A DNA stretch of 63,648 bases, the filler included, from Octopus bimaculoides (lineage: Eukaryota), in the NCBI RefSeq assembly GCF_001194135.2. It is 8 parts of 8 records of this genome, joined end to end, with 100 filler letters (N's around TTAATTAATTAA, not from the genome) between each part and the next. Parts side by side here need not be neighbours in the genome. Positions count along the whole stretch, not along the records: positions 60,362 to 62,450 come from NW_026325225.1; positions 62,551 to 63,648 come from NC_068987.1; 6 more parts are not named here. One strand, written 5' to 3'. Position 1 is the stretch's first letter; each line of letters opens with the position of its first letter. Shown piece by piece: positions 62,200 to 63,648 of the stretch. The position numbers were made by a program, and so were the translations under genes. The notes beneath the pieces were generated by a model that was not told the origin of the DNA, did no database searches, and was given only the letters and a program-made list of their open reading frames with translations.

Positions 62200-62550
62200 C
62201 TGCAAAATTACANNNNNNNNNNATAGAGTGGACCACCAGAGTCACCCTGCAAAATTACAAACGATATAATATTAAAGTTGCTGGAATTAATAGACATTGA
62301 ATAAAGTTTATCATATTCAAAGATTATTTCAAAAAATTAATTATTTGCTCAATATATTCAGTAGGATAATTTACTTGTAAAGATAAACAATTTTCTTTTC
62401 GAAACTGCAAAGCTTTCTGGAGCCTATATCCTTGCATTAATGCAAACACANNNNNNNNNNNNNNNNNNNNNNNNNNNNNNNNNNNNNNNNNNNNTTAATT
62501 AATTAANNNNNNNNNNNNNNNNNNNNNNNNNNNNNNNNNNNNNNNNNNNN

Positions 62551-62603
<53 letters not shown>

Positions 62604-63411
62604 CATATGCGATGGGTTTCTGTCTACCAAATCCACTGACAAGGCTTTGGTAGAAGGCTATAGTAGAAGACACTTACCCAAGGTGCCACGCAGTGGGACT
62701 GGACCCAGAACCATGTGGTTGGTAAGCAAGGTACTTACCACACAGCCACTCCTGCGCTTATGAAATAAGTACCGGGATCGATTCAAGCGATTTTATCCTA
62801 GAGAACTGATTATTTTAGAAGGCCCCAATTTGACCAGAGTCGCACGACTGAGAATCGCGAAAGAATGGATGTATAAGACCGTTGCTTCTGTAGTTATTGT
62901 TGTTGTTCTTGTTGTTGTTATAGATGATGATAACGACGAGAAGGAGACATAAGGTAATACAAGAAAATATCATACTGCGTTAAGAAAACTGAGTTAAATA
63001 AAAAGAATATTGTGACGACAGAGAGGGAGAGAGTCTTACAGAAAGAGAGAGCAAGGAAGCAAGAGTAAGTCTCGAAGAAATGTAGAGGAAGTAAAATTGT
63101 AAATGAACAAAAAAAAAAAAATGATATAGTGAAAGGAAGAAAAGAAGTAAGCAAATAAGAAGGAAAGGACGAAGAAATGTAATACGCTAGAGGTGCTAAA
63201 AAAGATCTTTTCATCATTTTGTTTACAATGGCGGATGTCTCCAGTAACAAAGTTTGTGAATTAATATCATACGTACAATAGTTACATGAACACAATAATG
63301 TATATACACACACATGTACATACATATAACAAACGCACACACAGACACACACACACACACACATATAAGAACATTTTTGTGTGTGTTTGTCTCCGAGTGT
63401 GTGTGTGTGCA

Positions 63412-63446
<35 letters not shown>

Positions 63447-63517
63447 ATACGCAAATATATATATATGCAAATATATTTGTGAAATTATGCACAGAGTCAA
63501 CTGTATGCACACACGTG

Positions 63518-63555
<38 letters not shown>

Positions 63556-63648
63556 TGTATGTGTATGTGTATACTCGCGTGTGTGCGTGTAATTCCATAT
63601 AGAAGCTTGAGTGGGTATATATATTGATGTGTGTGTTTTATATATATA

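Noticed and set aside
62223-62258. Second copy of the protease exon start (GDSGGP) as a tandem duplicate gene
   Set aside because: It exactly repeats the ~36 nt immediately before a 10-N gap, which is typical of an unmerged contig overlap.
824-63627. Numerous ORFs rich in HT, CV, YI, I, N or X residues
   Set aside because: They are translations of CA/TA/ATT microsatellites or N gaps, not genes.

Overview
This is a repeat-dense, AT-rich, gapped draft-assembly window from an animal genome. The SINE/LINE/MITE repertoire and the CA/TA/ATT microsatellite load suggest an octopus or other coleoid cephalopod (inference). Almost all ORFs in the supplied track are microsatellite or N-gap artefacts. 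The host-gene content found by reading splice signals is all on the minus strand. (1) A 96-nt ankyrin-repeat exon of tankyrase (16187-16282). (2) The first two coding exons (52861-52893 and 50145-50201) of a gene starting MKVLDTIHASD-EPEEEPEAEEEEEEEEELE, tentatively the cytochrome bc1 hinge subunit (UQCRH/Qcr6-like), with an ETS-type promoter motif. (3) The last coding exon and polyA signal of a chymotrypsin-family (S1) serine protease (62050-62199, GDSGGP). The rest is tRNA-derived SINEs, RTE, CR1-like, R4/Dong-like and Tx1-like LINE fragments, mariner and maT-type transposase relics, piggyBac/hAT-type MITEs and foldback elements. The most interesting element is a 295-bp insertion (5745-6039) bounded by a 13-bp target-site duplication. 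It joins a tRNA T-arm/B-box remnant, an (AAT)n spacer, a minimal type I hammerhead ribozyme and a Penelope-style inverted copy of its own 3' end, so it looks like a ribozyme-carrying SINE. Three more degenerate hammerhead motifs lie elsewhere in the window. Seven TTAATTAATTAA linkers inside 100-nt N spacers are artificial contig joins, so gene order across them is unverified.
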